Source: Eledone cirrhosa | Taxonomy: Eukaryota | DNA length: 64,000 nt | NCBI GenBank assembly: GCA_964016885.1 | Contig: OZ024740.1 | Location: forward strand, 406,782,001-406,846,000 | Reading direction: 5' to 3' | In this document: in pieces, positions 1 through 13,607 of the stretch | How the letters are laid out: every line of letters begins with the position of its first letter | Position numbering within the stretch: the stretch's first letter is position 1 | The notes under the pieces: generated by a model | Database searches by the model: none | What the model saw: the letters and a program-made list of their open reading frames with translations, nothing else | Told to the model about the DNA's origin: nothing | Program-made: the position numbers and the translations under genes

Positions 1-503
1 GGTCGGGTACCCTGTATTACTGCGTGACGCCAGAAGTCACGGTCGTGTGTCATTGACTTTGAGAGGTGTAGTTGGGTAAGGTCGGCTTTTATCACCTCAT
101 CCCAAGTCATCTTGGGTCTCCCCACTCCGCGGTTTCCATCAACTTCTAGTGCTCTGCACCTTTTTATGCAGCTGTCATCCTTCATACGCATCACATGTCC
201 ATACCAGCGTAACCGCCTCTCCTGCACGCAGCATTTGATTCCTCTTATGCTCAGTCTCTCTCTCAATTCATTTATGCTTTGTCGTTCACGTATATTACTG
301 TTACACATCCATCGGAGCATGCAGGCTTCGTTTCTCTCTAATCTACGTAAGTCTTCCACCTTCAGCGCCCAGGTCTCACTACCATGCAACATCGCTGTTC
401 GGATACACGCATCATACAGTCTGCCTTTCATTCTGAGGGAGAAGCCTTTTGCAGCTAGCAGTGGTAGTAGTTCCCTAAACTTCTTCCATCCCGTTCTTAC
501 CCT
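1..503 (-). mobile_element. RTE-clade LINE C-terminal fragment (runs off the window edge)
   Basis: Minus strand encodes RTE C-terminal motifs ([40 protein letters not shown]). Bases 1-157 match 26760-26916. Confidence 0.9.
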
Positions 504-1009
504 ATTATTGAAGGATTAATTGACCGAATGGATAGTTTTGTTTGCTGTTAGTGTGTCATACAAGATAGAGGAAAGGCACCCTAGAGTGAGACAAATATGT
601 TTTAAATACTGTTGAATACCAACAGTTGCTCAAGGCAATGTGGCTTGAAAGATTAAATCTGTCATGTGACTTTAGTAGTGTTCTGCATACAAGGTTACTA
701 AGAGATGTAACTGGAAATAGGTGGGAGGGGAGTTCTAGTATATATAATTCTAAAATTGGCACAAGGCCAACAATTTTGGGAAAAGGTAAAATCAATAATA
801 TTGATACCACTACTTAACTGGTACTTCAAATCCTTAAATCGCTGAGACTCACAGAGATGACAAAGAAATGTGGTGAGTGGAGAGATGCTGTGCCAAGAAG
901 GACCCATCTAATTCAAGTAAGTATGGAAAAATGGTCATAAAAGTGATGATGATGATGATATATATATACTTAAAGTCCCTCTTTGGTGAAGGATGCGCCT
1001 CCAAACATA

Positions 1010-1385
1010 ACCTAGTAGTTAGCAACCTTATAGATAGGGCTAGATGAGCTCGGTGACAGAGGACAATGTGGAGGAGAATATGAAAGTTAAAGAATCCATC
1101 AGCCAGTAACAAATTTAGAGGTATGTTGCTTGATGCTTAGACAGTAATGAAGAGACATACAATATAGAGGAGCAGTGGAAGTTCCTGCAAAATAACCTAC
1201 TGAAGACAACAAACGAAGTCTGTGGTTGGAGCAGGTATCTAGAGAGGAGAGAGACTTAGAGGTGGAATAGTAGGGTGGAGGAGATAATTAGGCCAAAAGA
1301 CAGGCAAGGAAAGAATGGGGGAAGTAGAGAACACTACCAAGAGGCTAGGAAAGAAGCTCGGTGACAAGTATACTTTGTAAGCAAT
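1010..1385 (+). mobile_element. Degenerate RTE LINE fragments (pre-RT region)
   Basis: Similar to 21810-22015 (gaagtctgtggttggagcagg...ggtggaatag...aagagaggctagg-like), heavily mutated. Confidence 0.5.
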
Positions 1386-2299
1386 AAAAAGTGTCCTGTC
1401 CATAATGTAAGGTGGTCGTGTGGGTGACATGACAAAAATCGCCCCATCTTCACTGTTGGTGTCATGACAAAAAGTGTCCAGTCCACACTGTAAAATGGTT
1501 GTTTTGGTGCCACGATAAAAAGCACCCAGTCCACACTGTAAATGTGGTTAGTGTTACGAAAGGCATCCCGCCATAGAAACCAAGCCAGAAACATTTCTGT
1601 ATGAGCAAGACATGGTCATCTGATCTGGCTTGTCTCAAATGAGACAACTCATCTAACCCAAGCTAGTGTGGAAAAATGGATGTAAAACAATGTTGAATGA
1701 AAATGTGAGTAGCCTAAATACAAAAAAAATGACTGTAATAACAGGCGATCACTACAAATAATACCCGAGATTTTCTATTAATTATAGTCAGCAACTTATT
1801 AGTCTTTTTTGGCGTTTGGGACATCCACATTTTCAAATTCTCTCAGTGCTTCGTAAATCATTAGAATTTGTTTACATTCTAGCTATAAAGCTATATAGCA
1901 CCTTAATGAAGTGGTTAACAGATTATTCGAGAGATGTGGGGTTTAATTCCTTGCCGGCACTTCTGTCCACCTTTTTTTTCCATCTCTAAGTGTTTTTCAA
2001 GTATTATTTATAATGATTAATTGTTATTATTCATTTTCTGCACTTGGGACGCTCACATTTTAAAAATTCTCCCAGTGCTTCATAAATCATAAGAGATTAT
2101 ACAATACACACATGCACCACACATGTGTGTATTGTATTTGATGACAACCACTTTTTTAAATAAAAAAAAAGGCTAAAAATATCTGGGTCTTCTATAAGAA
2201 GTTGAGCTACATGTTTTAACAACATTTAAAAACATTTTCCTTAATATATGCTGTCAAATATCCTATAGCTAGGTGGTTGCTAAGGAAATTGAGTGTAGC

Positions 2300-3120
2300 T
2301 GAATATGTCAAAGAATAAGAGAAGAAATTCCAAACATGGAAGCAGAGCCTAAAATCATGAGGCCTTAAAGTAAAACTAGCAAAGACAAAGGTTTTAGTTG
2401 GCAGAAAAAATACAGAACTCTGCCATCAGAGAACTTAATGTAAATTATTGTTGAACAAAAGATGCTGTAGGATTGCAGGCAAGTTAACTGAGGACTGCAT
2501 ATGTAGCAGATGTTCAGAAATAAGTAGTAAGAGCTTTCATGAAATAAATTATTTCAAATACTTAAAAGGCTTCATAGAACTAATTGATAGCTTCTCTTAC
2601 CTGGATGACTTCATCAGTGAAAGAAGAAATACAAGGAACTATTACTTCTTATGGCAACAAAAGTTTTCTTTATTTGAATTAAGAGCAGATTGCATGATGC
2701 TTTCATGATACTTTCATGTGACATTGAATGTAGCAAAATATGGGCACTGAATACAGAGAATGCATGAAGGCTGAATAGAAATTGTATAATTATGCTTTGA
2801 TCAAAGGGTAATGTTAGCATGCATGAACGATGGAGAGGGAAAAAAAGGATATATGAGGTATCAGCTGTGATGTACAAGAAAGAAGATAGAGCTGGTATGG
2901 ACATGTGATGCATATGAAAGATGACAGTTGGGTGAAGAAGTGGCAAGTCATCCAAGTAAAAGGAGCCTGTGGAAGAGTAAAATATGTGAAGATGTAGTGA
3001 AGCTGATCTCAGAATGCTGAACCCCAGAAAAGAAATGACAAGAGACCATAAGTTGTGAAAAATAAAGCTGGAGAAGATCCATTCAAAGAAATTTTGGAAA
3101 AACTGGGTGTAAAATGAAAG
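2300..3120 (+). mobile_element. Old degenerate RTE LINE 3' fragment
   Basis: Remnants of KFQTW..GLKVKLAKTKVL, KRCCRIAGKL...CSRC and WYGHV, with many stops. Confidence 0.7.
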
Positions 3121-3165
3121 TGGTGAGATAACTATTCATGTCTACAAACAAGGCAAAAAGATTAC

Positions 3166-3561
3166 TTACAGTATATAATTGTTTCTAGTTTTGGCACAAG
3201 GCCAGCAATTATCCCAGTTCATTACTGGTACTTTATTTTATCAACCCTGTAAGGATGAAAGGCAAAGTGAACCTCAGCGGGATTTGAACTCAGACCATAA
3301 AGGGGCGTAACTCTATGCTGCAAAGCATGGTGTCCAACCTTCTACCAATACTGCTAATCCCCTGCCCTTACAGTATATAATTGTTTCTACTTTAGGCACA
3401 AGGCCAGCAATTACCCAGTGTATTACTGGTACTTTATTTTATCGACCCCATAAGGATGAAAGGCAAAGTTAACCTCGGCAGGATTTGAACTCAGAATGGC
3501 AAGGGCCGTAACTCTATGCGTCAAAGCATGTCGTCCGACCCCCTACCGATACTGCCAATCC
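3166..3561. repeat. Tandem pair of a ~202-bp SINE-like repeat
   Basis: ttacagtatataattgtttcta recurs at 3166 and 3368. Both units contain ggcacaaggccagcaatt...aaggatgaaaggcaaagt...gatttgaactcaga; related fragments lie near 46.7, 51.7, 53.1 and 55.0 kb. Confidence 0.8.
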
Positions 3562-3835
3562 ACATTTGTTCAAAGCTAAACATTCACTCTAGGAATACTA
3601 GTTTCTTGCTTTATATAATATTTATATGAACATTTTCTATGGTATGAATATTTTCTATGAAATATTTCTACAACACACTTGACAGAACAAAGTTTTAACT
3701 TCAATAAAAAATATATAAGATAAAGATTAATATACTTCAGGAATGAAGCTAGTGTCAGGGGCAGAGGGTGAAAGTTCCAGATATTTAAAAAATCCATTCT
3801 AAGTATAGCTATAGGCATATTAGACAAATGAAGGA

Positions 3836-3990
3836 AGGCATGTGGCTGAGTAGTTAGAGAATTTGATTAGCAATCGTGAGGTTGTGAGTTTGATTCCTAG
3901 ACTGGGCGATGCGTTATGTTCTTGAGCAAGACATTTTATTTCACGTTACTCCTATCTGGAGTTGTGACCGACAGATAGTATTAATTGGAA
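3836..3990 (+). mobile_element. tRNA-derived SINE head (diverged)
   Basis: A-box-like TGGCTGAGTAG, B-box-like GTTTGATTCC, then the conserved ttgagcaagacattttatttcac core. Confidence 0.7.
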
Positions 3991-4906
3991 AGACCAATGG
4001 AAACATTGTTTCCTTGGTCCAATTTGATGAAAGTCGATCGTTCCTAGACAAATGAAGGAAATTACCATTAAAATAGCTTTGATCATTCATTCTCAGTTCC
4101 TAGGCAATACTTTCTAGACTATCAAAGTCAAAATGATGTATCAAAACTAATATAAGGATTAGTTTGCACACACAAAAATAAATAAATAAGGGGAGAAAAA
4201 GAAAAAATTGTAGGTGGTCAGGTCAAATACAAAATTCTTAGAAATTCTTAGAAGTGCCAATTTTAGACTAAATAATATTTCATATATACCGAAAGCTTGG
4301 AAAGAAACAAAAACAATATTTTAAAAAATGTTAAATTATAACATAATCATATCAAAATGTTGTTTAAATATTCAAGAAAAAGTATGTGAAAAATGAGAGT
4401 TGAAATGAATAACATATGTATTTGTTCAATTTCTTTATTTTTATTCCCAGTTTCATTCCATGTGTGGTAAATTTTATGAAATGAAATAAAAATAAACACT
4501 GTATAAAAATTAATTTCTTTTCATTAAATTAGAAGCTTGAAACAAATGAAACAAATGAAACAAAAAGAAAAAAAAAAATTAAAAGAATAAATAAATTCAA
4601 AAAGTGAACAGAATAAAAATAAACATCTTACATTTTTTTTATCCTTTTTACTTCACTCTTTATAAATATATACATAGCTCCACATTCACACACATATTTG
4701 TAGTCACAAGTTTCTCGTGATATGGAGTGTTTTTATGACATCTTTCTGCCTTCTGAATTTGGTTTTATATTATTATTTTACAATTTGTCCATTAGTCAAT
4801 ACTAGCAAGGTTTGATACCCCATAAATACTATTGTTTTTGTACCTTTCAGGAAGATAGCTCAGTTCATTAAATTACAACTTGTTAAATCAAAGTACAAGC
4901 ATTTTA

Positions 4907-5382
4907 TTACATCAAAGTGTTTTGTTCTTCGTTGAAATACTTGTAACAGACAGATATAGCTTCGCGGATATCTTCTTGCGGAATAATTTTTGTAGTTGAA
5001 GATATTCTTCCAAAATACCAGTCTCCAATAGCTTTCTGTGGTGATATATGTCCAGCTAGAGGTTGGGAGTAAAATCTGTTGACTAAAACACTATGTACAG
5101 GACATGCAGTTAAATAGCGTCCATCTTTGTGAGAGGTAAATATCTCTCTTACAATGTCTAAGAGACTTGATTTAATATCAGATATATATTTGATATCACT
5201 TGAAGAACATTTCTTAAAGTCACAAGTAATGTCCAATGCTTGATTGAGGTACCATCGATCATGTACAGAGTTGAGGAAGAATGCTGGTGTGAACACATGG
5301 CGGTAAAAATATACAGGAGAAAAACACTGCCACTTAATCTCATCTGGTACTGATTGTGAGCAATCTTTCAGAGATACAGAAT
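4907..5382 (-). CDS. Pectin acetylesterase/Notum-family hydrolase, coding exon 6 (last)
   Basis: Acceptor tattacag|AT in phase 1. Translation DSVSLKDC..WQCFSP..TPAFFLNSVHDRW (catalytic Asp)..DGRYLTACPVHS (catalytic His)..AIGDWYFGR..NTLM*. Confidence 0.9.
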
Positions 5383-5759
5383 CTGTAATATAGAGAAAAA
5401 AATAATTAAAATAAAGAAAATATATGCAATTTTAAGGAAGAATCATAGAATAATTCAGGGCCAGAATCATAGAATAATTCAGAGGTGCTATTAACCAATG
5501 CCATTGTAAACTTGGACTTGCAGAGTTAACAAAGATGTAAAATCTAAATAACAATCCACCATATAATTGAAGGAGGTTGGCTTCATGGCCAAAGTTAAAC
5601 ATTCATAGATTGAGAAAATTGAAGAAAAAACAAAAGAAAAGAGAAATGAAGATAGGTGGAGGAGAGGGGAATAGTATATAACTAAGAAATAGAATTCAAT
5701 ATTTGCAATAAACACATAAAAAACATTGAGTAATTCAATAAAATTATATCTTCTGTTAA

Positions 5760-5960
5760 CCCTTCAGCATTTAAACTGGCTGTATCCAGCCAGAATTCTC
5801 TCACCTCTTTCAGTTCAAACTGGCCGTAACTGGCCACTCATACTCATGTTAAGGTATTGTTCTCAAATAATATTAAAATCTCAGATTCGATATTATGTGA
5901 GTTAAAACCTTTACTGTGAACATAGAATAGTAAATATAGAATAATGTAAACGCTAAAGAG
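5760..5960 (+). mobile_element. piggyBac-type MITE (~200 bp)
   Basis: TTAA on both sides; TIRs cccttcagcattta / taaacgctaaagag. Homologous copies at 48924, ~53944 and 55943. Confidence 0.8.
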
Positions 5961-6382
5961 TTAAATAATCAGTTAACATCCATTCTTCATTGCAGGGATG
6001 ATGGTAATGATGATGAAAATGGAAATTCTGCAATGAAAAACAAAAATATTGCAGTATTTCACACCTGAGTACACTTCCTAAAGGTAACTAACTCCTCATC
6101 TACAAAGTGATGATTAAGCAACATTAACAGAAGGTGATGACGTCATGATATGTGTTAAGTGTGGCCAAGCATCTTAACATATGCATTTCATCATTGTTAT
6201 CGTCATCCTCATCACTGTTTTTAAGCTGACATATGTTGGCCGGACCTTTCTGAGACAGTTTTCTCTGGCTGGATGCTCTCCTGCTGTCAACCCTTTTATC
6301 AAATTTATTACCAAAAAACCTTATAGCTTGAAATGAAGGACAGAAGGATATTGCTGTACTTTGATGCAGCTTTGCAGATGAA

Positions 6383-6617
6383 CATGGGTTAGTGGTTAGA
6401 GCATTGGCCTTGCAATCGAAAGGTTGCGAGTTCAATTCTCAGAGCGGGTGATGTGTTGTTTCCTTGAGCAAGACACTTTATTTCACATTGCTCCAGTTTA
6501 CTCAGCTGTAGAAATGAGATGATAGGGACTGGGGTCCATATCATTCCACTGCAAAGAATCAGTTCCCGTCCCACCCTTGCAAGCAGGGAAAAGTGGATGT
6601 AAAATGATGATGATGAT
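6383..6617 (+). mobile_element. tRNA-derived SINE with RTE-derived tail (internally deleted)
   Basis: Head tgggttagtggttagagc...gagttcaattc; tail cccgtcccacccttgcaagcagggaaaag...(gat)n. Confidence 0.85.
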
Positions 6618-6736
6618 ACTCTTCTTCTTTGCCCAATTATTTCTGAGAGGGTTGTGAGGCCAGAGTCCTCAAACACTCCTTCCAGTTGGTCCTGTCTCTT
6701 ACTGATCCAGCTGGATCCCATATATATATGTCTATG

Positions 6737-6819
6737 TACAGTGTGTGTCCTCAAAATATATACCCACTTTTATTAGAATGTTGTTGATGTGTGTATACAT
6801 TTTTGGGTGACACCCGGTA
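6737..6819. mobile_element. Tiny TA-flanked Tc1/mariner-type MITE
   Basis: Imperfect TIRs TAcagtgtgtgtcctcaaaatatatac / gtatacatttttgggtgacacccggTA. Confidence 0.45.
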
Positions 6820-7101
6820 TATATATATCATATACTAGTTTGATATGATTAATTTTGTTTCAATTCCAAAAGAATCTGGTAACAGTCTGGAGTTTGTGAC
6901 CCAATTCCTTAATGGCCTGCATCTCACTTATAAACATTGCCATACTCTACAGAGTGTACTGGGTGTATTTTATCAAGATACCAGCACTAGGAAGGTCGTC
7001 AAGTCTTTGATACAGCTGAAGAGTCTGCTCAGTCCTTTGTTTGGCAGGTTTTCTATGGCTGGATGCCTTTCCTATTACAAATCACTTTTTATTGTGTAGA
7101 T

Positions 7102-7864
7102 CACAGGTTCTCAACCCATTTAGGCCAAACGCCCCCTTTTGTCCCTCGAAATCACGACCCCCCCCCCCACTCTCCCTATTTTTCCATTTTTCAATATACT
7201 ACTGATTTTTATATCAGTAGATTATGAAAAAATTGATTAACAATATTCCAAAGATGTGTGTATTACCTGCTTATGTGTTGTATGTGGTCTTAGATGCGTG
7301 TATTACCTGCTTATGTGTTGTATGTGGGTCCTAGATGTGTGTGCTACTCACTTCTGTTTTTTCTTTTCTTTTTTTTTATTTGTAATATTATTTATACAAT
7401 AAGGAATAAAATAGATCTACATAGTGTTAACTCGTTGCGGTTGAGTCAATAATTTCAGACATGAAATAGATTGTTATCGGTGAAGGAAAAATAAGATTCT
7501 AACTGGCTGCGCTCAAAGTGTCTTTGATCCAGTTGACTGTGGGTTTTTCCATTTTTAGGATCTCAATTACCGGTTAACGTCTCAATTACCAGACATGCCT
7601 GCACACCTGCTCACAGCTGCGGTCAGACTATAGTTATGCTGTCTGCAAGTTCATTCAAATGCATTCACACTGGCTGTCTCAAAGACATACAAATATGGCT
7701 TATAAAACTTACCAAAATAAAGAGCCTTCCAACCCCCCTTTAACCCTCCTCCCCAGCTCTAAACGCCCCCCCCCCCCCCCCCCAACGCGACCTTGTTCCC
7801 AAACGCCCCCCTGGAGTTCCGAAACGCCCCCCGGGGTGCATATGCCCCCCGTTGAGAACCTTTG
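7102..7864. mobile_element. Non-autonomous hAT (Charlie-like) DNA transposon
   Basis: 14-bp TIRs CACAGGTTCTCAAC / GTTGAGAACCTTTG (1 mismatch). Perfect 8-bp TSD GTGTAGAT at 7094-7101 and 7865-7872. Subterminal aaacgccccc repeats. Confidence 0.9.
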
Positions 7865-9067
7865 GTGTAGATCATCAAAACTACATAGGTTGTTGTGACC
7901 TTAACACAACTGAAGAGTCCTTTTGACTGTTTTTGACATGGTTTCTACAGCTGGATGCATTTCTCATGGCACCAATAATAGAGAAGTTGTGTCATGACTG
8001 AAGTATCCTCTCAACATGGTTTCTATGGCTGGAAGCCATACTTAACACTAACCACTTTACAGTGTGTACTGGGTACATTTTATTGTGGCTACAGCACTAG
8101 GGAGATTGCTAGTCACTGACTCAACTGAAAAGCCCTCTACCGATGGGGGGGCAGTAGTATGCTGGGAGTAAGGAGGAATGGATGTGGGAGATGACAAATG
8201 GGTGTGTAATAGGTGTGGTGGGAAATGTCAAGGGGACAAGAGTTGTGTATAGTGATGATGCAAACTGCTACGAAGAAATTTTGACTAGCTCTTTAAGAGG
8301 AAAGTTGCTGTTGGGAAAGAGGGTTCATTTGGATGGGTTAGGTCACATTTTATGCTGGTAGGCAGGTCTTCTCCAGTATAGTATGTCACCAATTCTGAGT
8401 CTTATCATCTTCATTGTAAGGTTCAACTACTTAAGGTCAGTCTTCATTACTTCATACCATGTCTTCCTATTTCTACCTCTTCCATGAGATTTCTCATCCA
8501 CTGAGATTTCTTTGTACTTCTTAATACAGCTACCATTGTTAACCAGCATTTTTCACTTATGGTGATTATCTTATATATAAGAGGAATCCAGAGTTGATTC
8601 ATCAGATTACCAGCCTGTTCGTGATATGCACCCTGTACATGCTGTAAAGTGGTTGGTGTTAGAAAGGGCATCCGGCTGTAGAAAGTTTGCAAAACAAAGG
8701 GCTGGGAGGACTCTTCAGTTGTGTCAAAGGAATGACAATTTTTCTAGTGCTGGTGTCACAATAAAATTTGTTGTGGGACCATATGTAAGTGAGGTGTGGG
8801 TCCTCAGCCTGTCTAAGAGGTCTGTAGCCCCACTTCAATACTCACTGTCCAACCCTTGCTAGCAAGAAAAGTGAATGTTACAGGATGATGATATCACTTG
8901 CTATATGGTATACTTACCTTCTGACTTAATCCCACCATCAAGCAAGACTACCTGTTGCTAAATATTCTCTACTCTACATATCACACCATGCATAACTACA
9001 GTTCCAGACAGCAGTTTTACTTTGCATCCCACCCTATTTCAAGCCACATATATTAGAAAACAACCTT

Positions 9068-9859
9068 TCTGCCAAGCTGCATCAAAGTACAGCAATATCC
9101 TTCTGTCCTTCATTTCAAGCTATAAGGTTTTTTGGTAATAAATTTGATAAAAGGGTTGACAGCAGGAGAGCATCCAGCCAGAGAAAACCTGCCAAACAAA
9201 GGACTGAGCAGACTCTTCAGCTGTATCAAAGACTTGACGACCTTCCTAGTGCTGGTATCTTGATAAAATACACCCAGTACACTCTGTAGAGTATGGCAAT
9301 GTTTATAAGTGAGATGCAGGCCATTAAGGAATCGGGTCACAAACTCCAGACTGTTACCAGATTCTTTTGGAATTGAAACAAAATTAATCATATCAAACTA
9401 GTATATGATATATATATACCGGGTGTCACCCAAAAATGTATACACACATCAACAACATTCTAATAAAAGTGGGTATATATTTTGGGGACACACACTGTAC
9501 ATAGACATATATATATGGGATCCAGCTGGATCAGTAAGAGACAGGACCAACTGGAAGGAGTGTTTGAGGACTCTGGCCTCACAACCCTCTCAGAAATAAG
9601 TGGGCAAAGAAGAAGAGTATCATCATCATCATTTTACATCCGCTTTTCCCTGCTTGCAAGGGTGGGACGGGAACTGATTCTTTGCAGTGGAATGATATGG
9701 ACCCCAGTCCCTATCATCTCATTTCTACAGCTGAGTAAACTGGAGCAATGTGAAATAAAGTGTCTTGCTCAAGGAAACAACACATCACCCGCTCTGAGAA
9801 TTGAACTCGCAACCTTTCGATTACAAGGCAAATGCTCTAACCACTAACCCATGTCCGTC
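9068..9859. repeat. Inverted partner of 6258-7066 (includes a minus-strand SINE at 9618-9853)
   Basis: Near-identical reverse complement of the two blocks in 6258-7066. Confidence 0.9.
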
Positions 9860-11873
9860 CGTCCGTCCACACCACCACCACCAATACCACCACCCCCACC
9901 CCCACCACCATCATCATCATCATCATCGTCGTTTAACGTCCATGTTCCACGCTTGCATGGGTTTGGGCGGGAGTTTTCCCACTTGAGGCAAGAGTGGTTG
10001 TCTTGCTCGCATATATATATACATATATATTTTCCACCACCATTAGTTTATTCTAATAAATATAAATAATATATATAAATATATATATATATACAGTTCT
10101 TATTTATATTCATTAGAATAAACTCCTTTAGAAATTCTAGCAGAGCCTGGTAATGTGGCGGTGGAATGCAAGACAGAGTTAAATCAGAATAAAAAAAAAT
10201 AACAAATAAAAAAAGCTCTAAAGCAGCAGCAACAGTAGGGAATGTGCATCAGAACTATAATTAACTCAATTTGTGAGGCAGCTTCATTATCCACAAACAC
10301 ACATCTCACTAACTATACTAAGCATCTATAAATAGCACCAGTGAAGATATATCTGTAGTGAATTTCCCCTAATCAATGCTATAAATAAACAAAGCAGCTG
10401 AGGAGGACTAACTCTCCTCACACACCACCTTGCTACTCACAAACAAGCCAACAATCTATTATTATCACATGGCCTGTAATATCTCAGGTGTAATAAAGGT
10501 GTCAGTGGTGGTGGAGGAAGGAAGAGAGGTTTTGAGGGACTGACTACAGAATTTAGCTGTTGGTGGTGATTTGATGGAAGTATAGTTACTAATAGTAAGA
10601 GTTCAGATTATGAGCAGTTGAAAGAGAGGGGAATGTAGGGGGAGGGTTAGTTGAAAGATTAGGGCGCTGTAAGTGGTACAGTGATAATGGTGGTTGAGAG
10701 TGTGCTATGGCAGTTATAAATGATTTTTTTTTTCTTTCTTCTGTGAAGTAGGTAGGAAAAAGGAATTAGCAGATTGAAAAATGTTTCCTCATTTTCATTG
10801 CTGTTTTTGTCATTGATTTTTTTCTTTGCTTTTCTTCTTTTCTTTTTAAACATTTTAAAATACAGCTCTACTTTTATCTTCATGGCAAAACAAGAGAATC
10901 CTTCAGGTTAACTACATAAAAAAGGTTACCAGAAAGGTAAAAAAAAAATACTTCATACTAAACTGTTATACTTGCCCACAGACCAAGCAACACCACCAAT
11001 TTATTTCATCCTCCTCACTTCCAGACAGGAGGGGAGGGAGGGGGGCTAAAAAAAGTTAGAAGAGTTGCTTAAAGGAGTAAAAGAATCTATGAACTCTGTG
11101 TATGTGTGTGTATGTGTGCGCGTGTGTGCGAATATATCATTTTCATGTCTGCATTTTCTATATTGGCATGAGCTAGACATGACTTTTGAAAGCAGTTTTT
11201 TTATGGCTCGATGCCCTTCCTGATGCCAACTCATGCTTCATTATAAGAATAGTATATACCACTGATACTTGTCAAACTGCTACACTACAGGATGTATCAT
11301 TTATAAAGGATATATATAAAAGGACATCAATGCTTGCTTTAACAGTGTTGATATGAAAACATTCATAACAATTCACACACACGCACATTGATGGGTTTCC
11401 TTAGTTTTCTGTCTACATAATTCAATATAGATACATCATCATCGTTTAACATCCATCTTCCATGCTAGCATGGGTAGGATGGGTTGACTCTTTGGGAGAG
11501 AATCAGGTCAGAGGACCGTGTTTAGCTCACCCTGAGCAGATGTTGGCTTGGTTTCTACAGCTGGATGCCCTCACTAACGCCAACCACATTTACAGTGTGT
11601 GATGTGTGCTTTTTGTCATGTCACCTACATGACCATATTACAGTGGGGACTGGGCACTTTTTGTCTTGGAACTAGGGAGGGGGAGGGAGAAAACTTGGAG
11701 AAATTGTGGATGTAGGTAATAGGGGAGAGATGGTTACTGCAAAGGGAGAAAGTTGAGGAAGGTATTGCCTACTAGGTATAAGCCTCAACCCGAGAATAAT
11801 AGAGGGTGGGTCTTCTGTAATACAGCATAGCAGCTGTGGTCCTGTGTGGCCTTATATATATATATATATAAAA

Positions 11874-12360
11874 CCTGGGACGACTTGATAAATTCCGACC
11901 TCACACACTTACACCTCTCTAAGACAATGTCACTGGACCGAGATCATTAGCGCTATGCAGTAATACAGAAGACCCGCCTTGCCTAAGTGCAAAGCGAAAC
12001 CTACAGCCAGTAGGCACCTCTTACCAAAATACACCCCCGTCCCACTACCCCAACCCCTTTCGATGTAAAGTTATGTTGGTACCACAACATCCAGTCCTAA
12101 ATAAATGAGGTCGTGTAGGTGTCAAAACAAAAAAAACACACAGTCCACGCCGTAATGTGGCCGTGTAGGTAACACAGTAAAAACCTCCCAGTCTACACTG
12201 TAAACGTGGTTGGTGTAAAGAAGGGCATCCAGCCGTAGAAAACCTGCCCGACAGTCCTATACGAGCAAGACAACCAATCTTGCCTCAAGTGGGAAAACTC
12301 CCGTCCAAACCCATGCTAGCGTGGAAGATGGACGTTAAACCATGATGATGATGATGATGA

Positions 12361-12363
<3 letters not shown>
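11874..12363 (+). mobile_element. RTE LINE 3' end, 5'-truncated
   Basis: Starts at aaaacctgggacgac after (TA)n; carries the full 3'UTR and ends ggacgttaaac(gat)n then (TA)n. Confidence 0.9.
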
Positions 12364-12412
<49 letters not shown>

Positions 12413-12926
12413 ACATATCTAACTCCATCATTTAATATTCACTTTTCATGCTAGCATGGGTTTGACTATAAGTTTATATAAAATGTTCTTACCAAATCAG
12501 ATTGACTGAGTATATAGTCATCAAATCGAAATATTGTCAGCAAGTTAAAATGTATTTCATAATATGTTCATCAACATTTCAGGTCCATACTGACCCTATA
12601 TTTTTTCTTCCTAGTAAAATTTTCCCTAATTCACTTTTTCTTGTTTTGTAATCCATAAAAAGGTTGAACAACCCTTCTGACTTATTTAAAGGAAAAAAAA
12701 AACCCCCATGTTAGCATATTTGAAATAGGTTTTGAAAATATAAATAATTGCAGTAACATAGTTTGAGTTTATACTGCTTCGGGCGATTCTTGTGATTGCG
12801 CCTCATCTCATAAAAAAGAGAGCACAATACACATCAAAAGTGCCACCCAATGTGGAGAGCCTCCACCCATTATGTCTTAGCTGTTACTGGTTATTTGTAT
12901 ACTCAGAGGATGATTTATATATATAT

Positions 12927-13054
12927 ATAGGAACAAGTAGGACCACGACGGCTGAGCTCAAGCCGTTTCGACGGCTAATGCTGGACTAAATTTAGTCCAG
13001 AATTAGCCGTCGAAACGGCTTGAGCTCAGCCGTCGGGGTCCTACTTGTTACTAT
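12927..13054. repeat. Spacerless palindrome, 64-bp arms
   Basis: Axis between 12990 and 12991 (ctaaa|tttag); 3 mismatches. Confidence 0.95.
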
Positions 13055-13131
13055 TACCCACTCTACTACCCTCAGTATTGATTACTTTGGTGCGTTATGG
13101 TCCACCTGGTTCCTTACCACATTTCCTTCAT

Positions 13132-13154
13132 TATATATATATATATATATATAT

Positions 13155-13197
<43 letters not shown>

Positions 13198-13247
13198 TAT
13201 ATATATGTTTATATATATATATTTATATATATATATATATATGTTTC

Positions 13248-13281
<34 letters not shown>

Positions 13282-13325
13282 TGTTTATATATATATATAT
13301 ATATATGTTTATATATATATATATA
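13132..13325. repeat. (TA)n tract interrupted by TGTTT
   Basis: Direct reading; first of many such tracts. Confidence 0.95.
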
Positions 13326-13607
13326 TTTCGTTTCTGAATTTGACACACAGAAACAAAATGGCGTAGGACAGAACAAAGGAGAGGCACAGAAACAAAGAAA
13401 GGAATCCCCAGTCACTGAAGAGGTAACAGAGTGTGTGACGAAAGAACTATGACTATATATAAACAACTATCTGGTTGTGGAACCAACCAACCAACCAGAA
13501 ATTTATAAATTTATAAATTTGTTATAAATTTATTATAATAAATTGAAGTGAAAGCAACTGGTGCGTGTGTTTCTTATTGGCAACATGACCCTCCCAAAGT
13601 ATAACAA

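Larger units (their letters stand above)
6258..7066. repeat. Circularly permuted, inverted copy of 9068-9859
   Basis: Both blocks match the reverse complement of 9068-9859 but in swapped order. Flanked by a 19-bp direct repeat gttttct(c/a)tggctggatgc at 6258 and 7048. Confidence 0.9.

Noticed and set aside
7659-7898. Proline-rich ORFs here and at 9851-10069
   Set aside because: They come from C-runs in hAT subterminal repeats and from (cca)n/(cat)n microsatellites.
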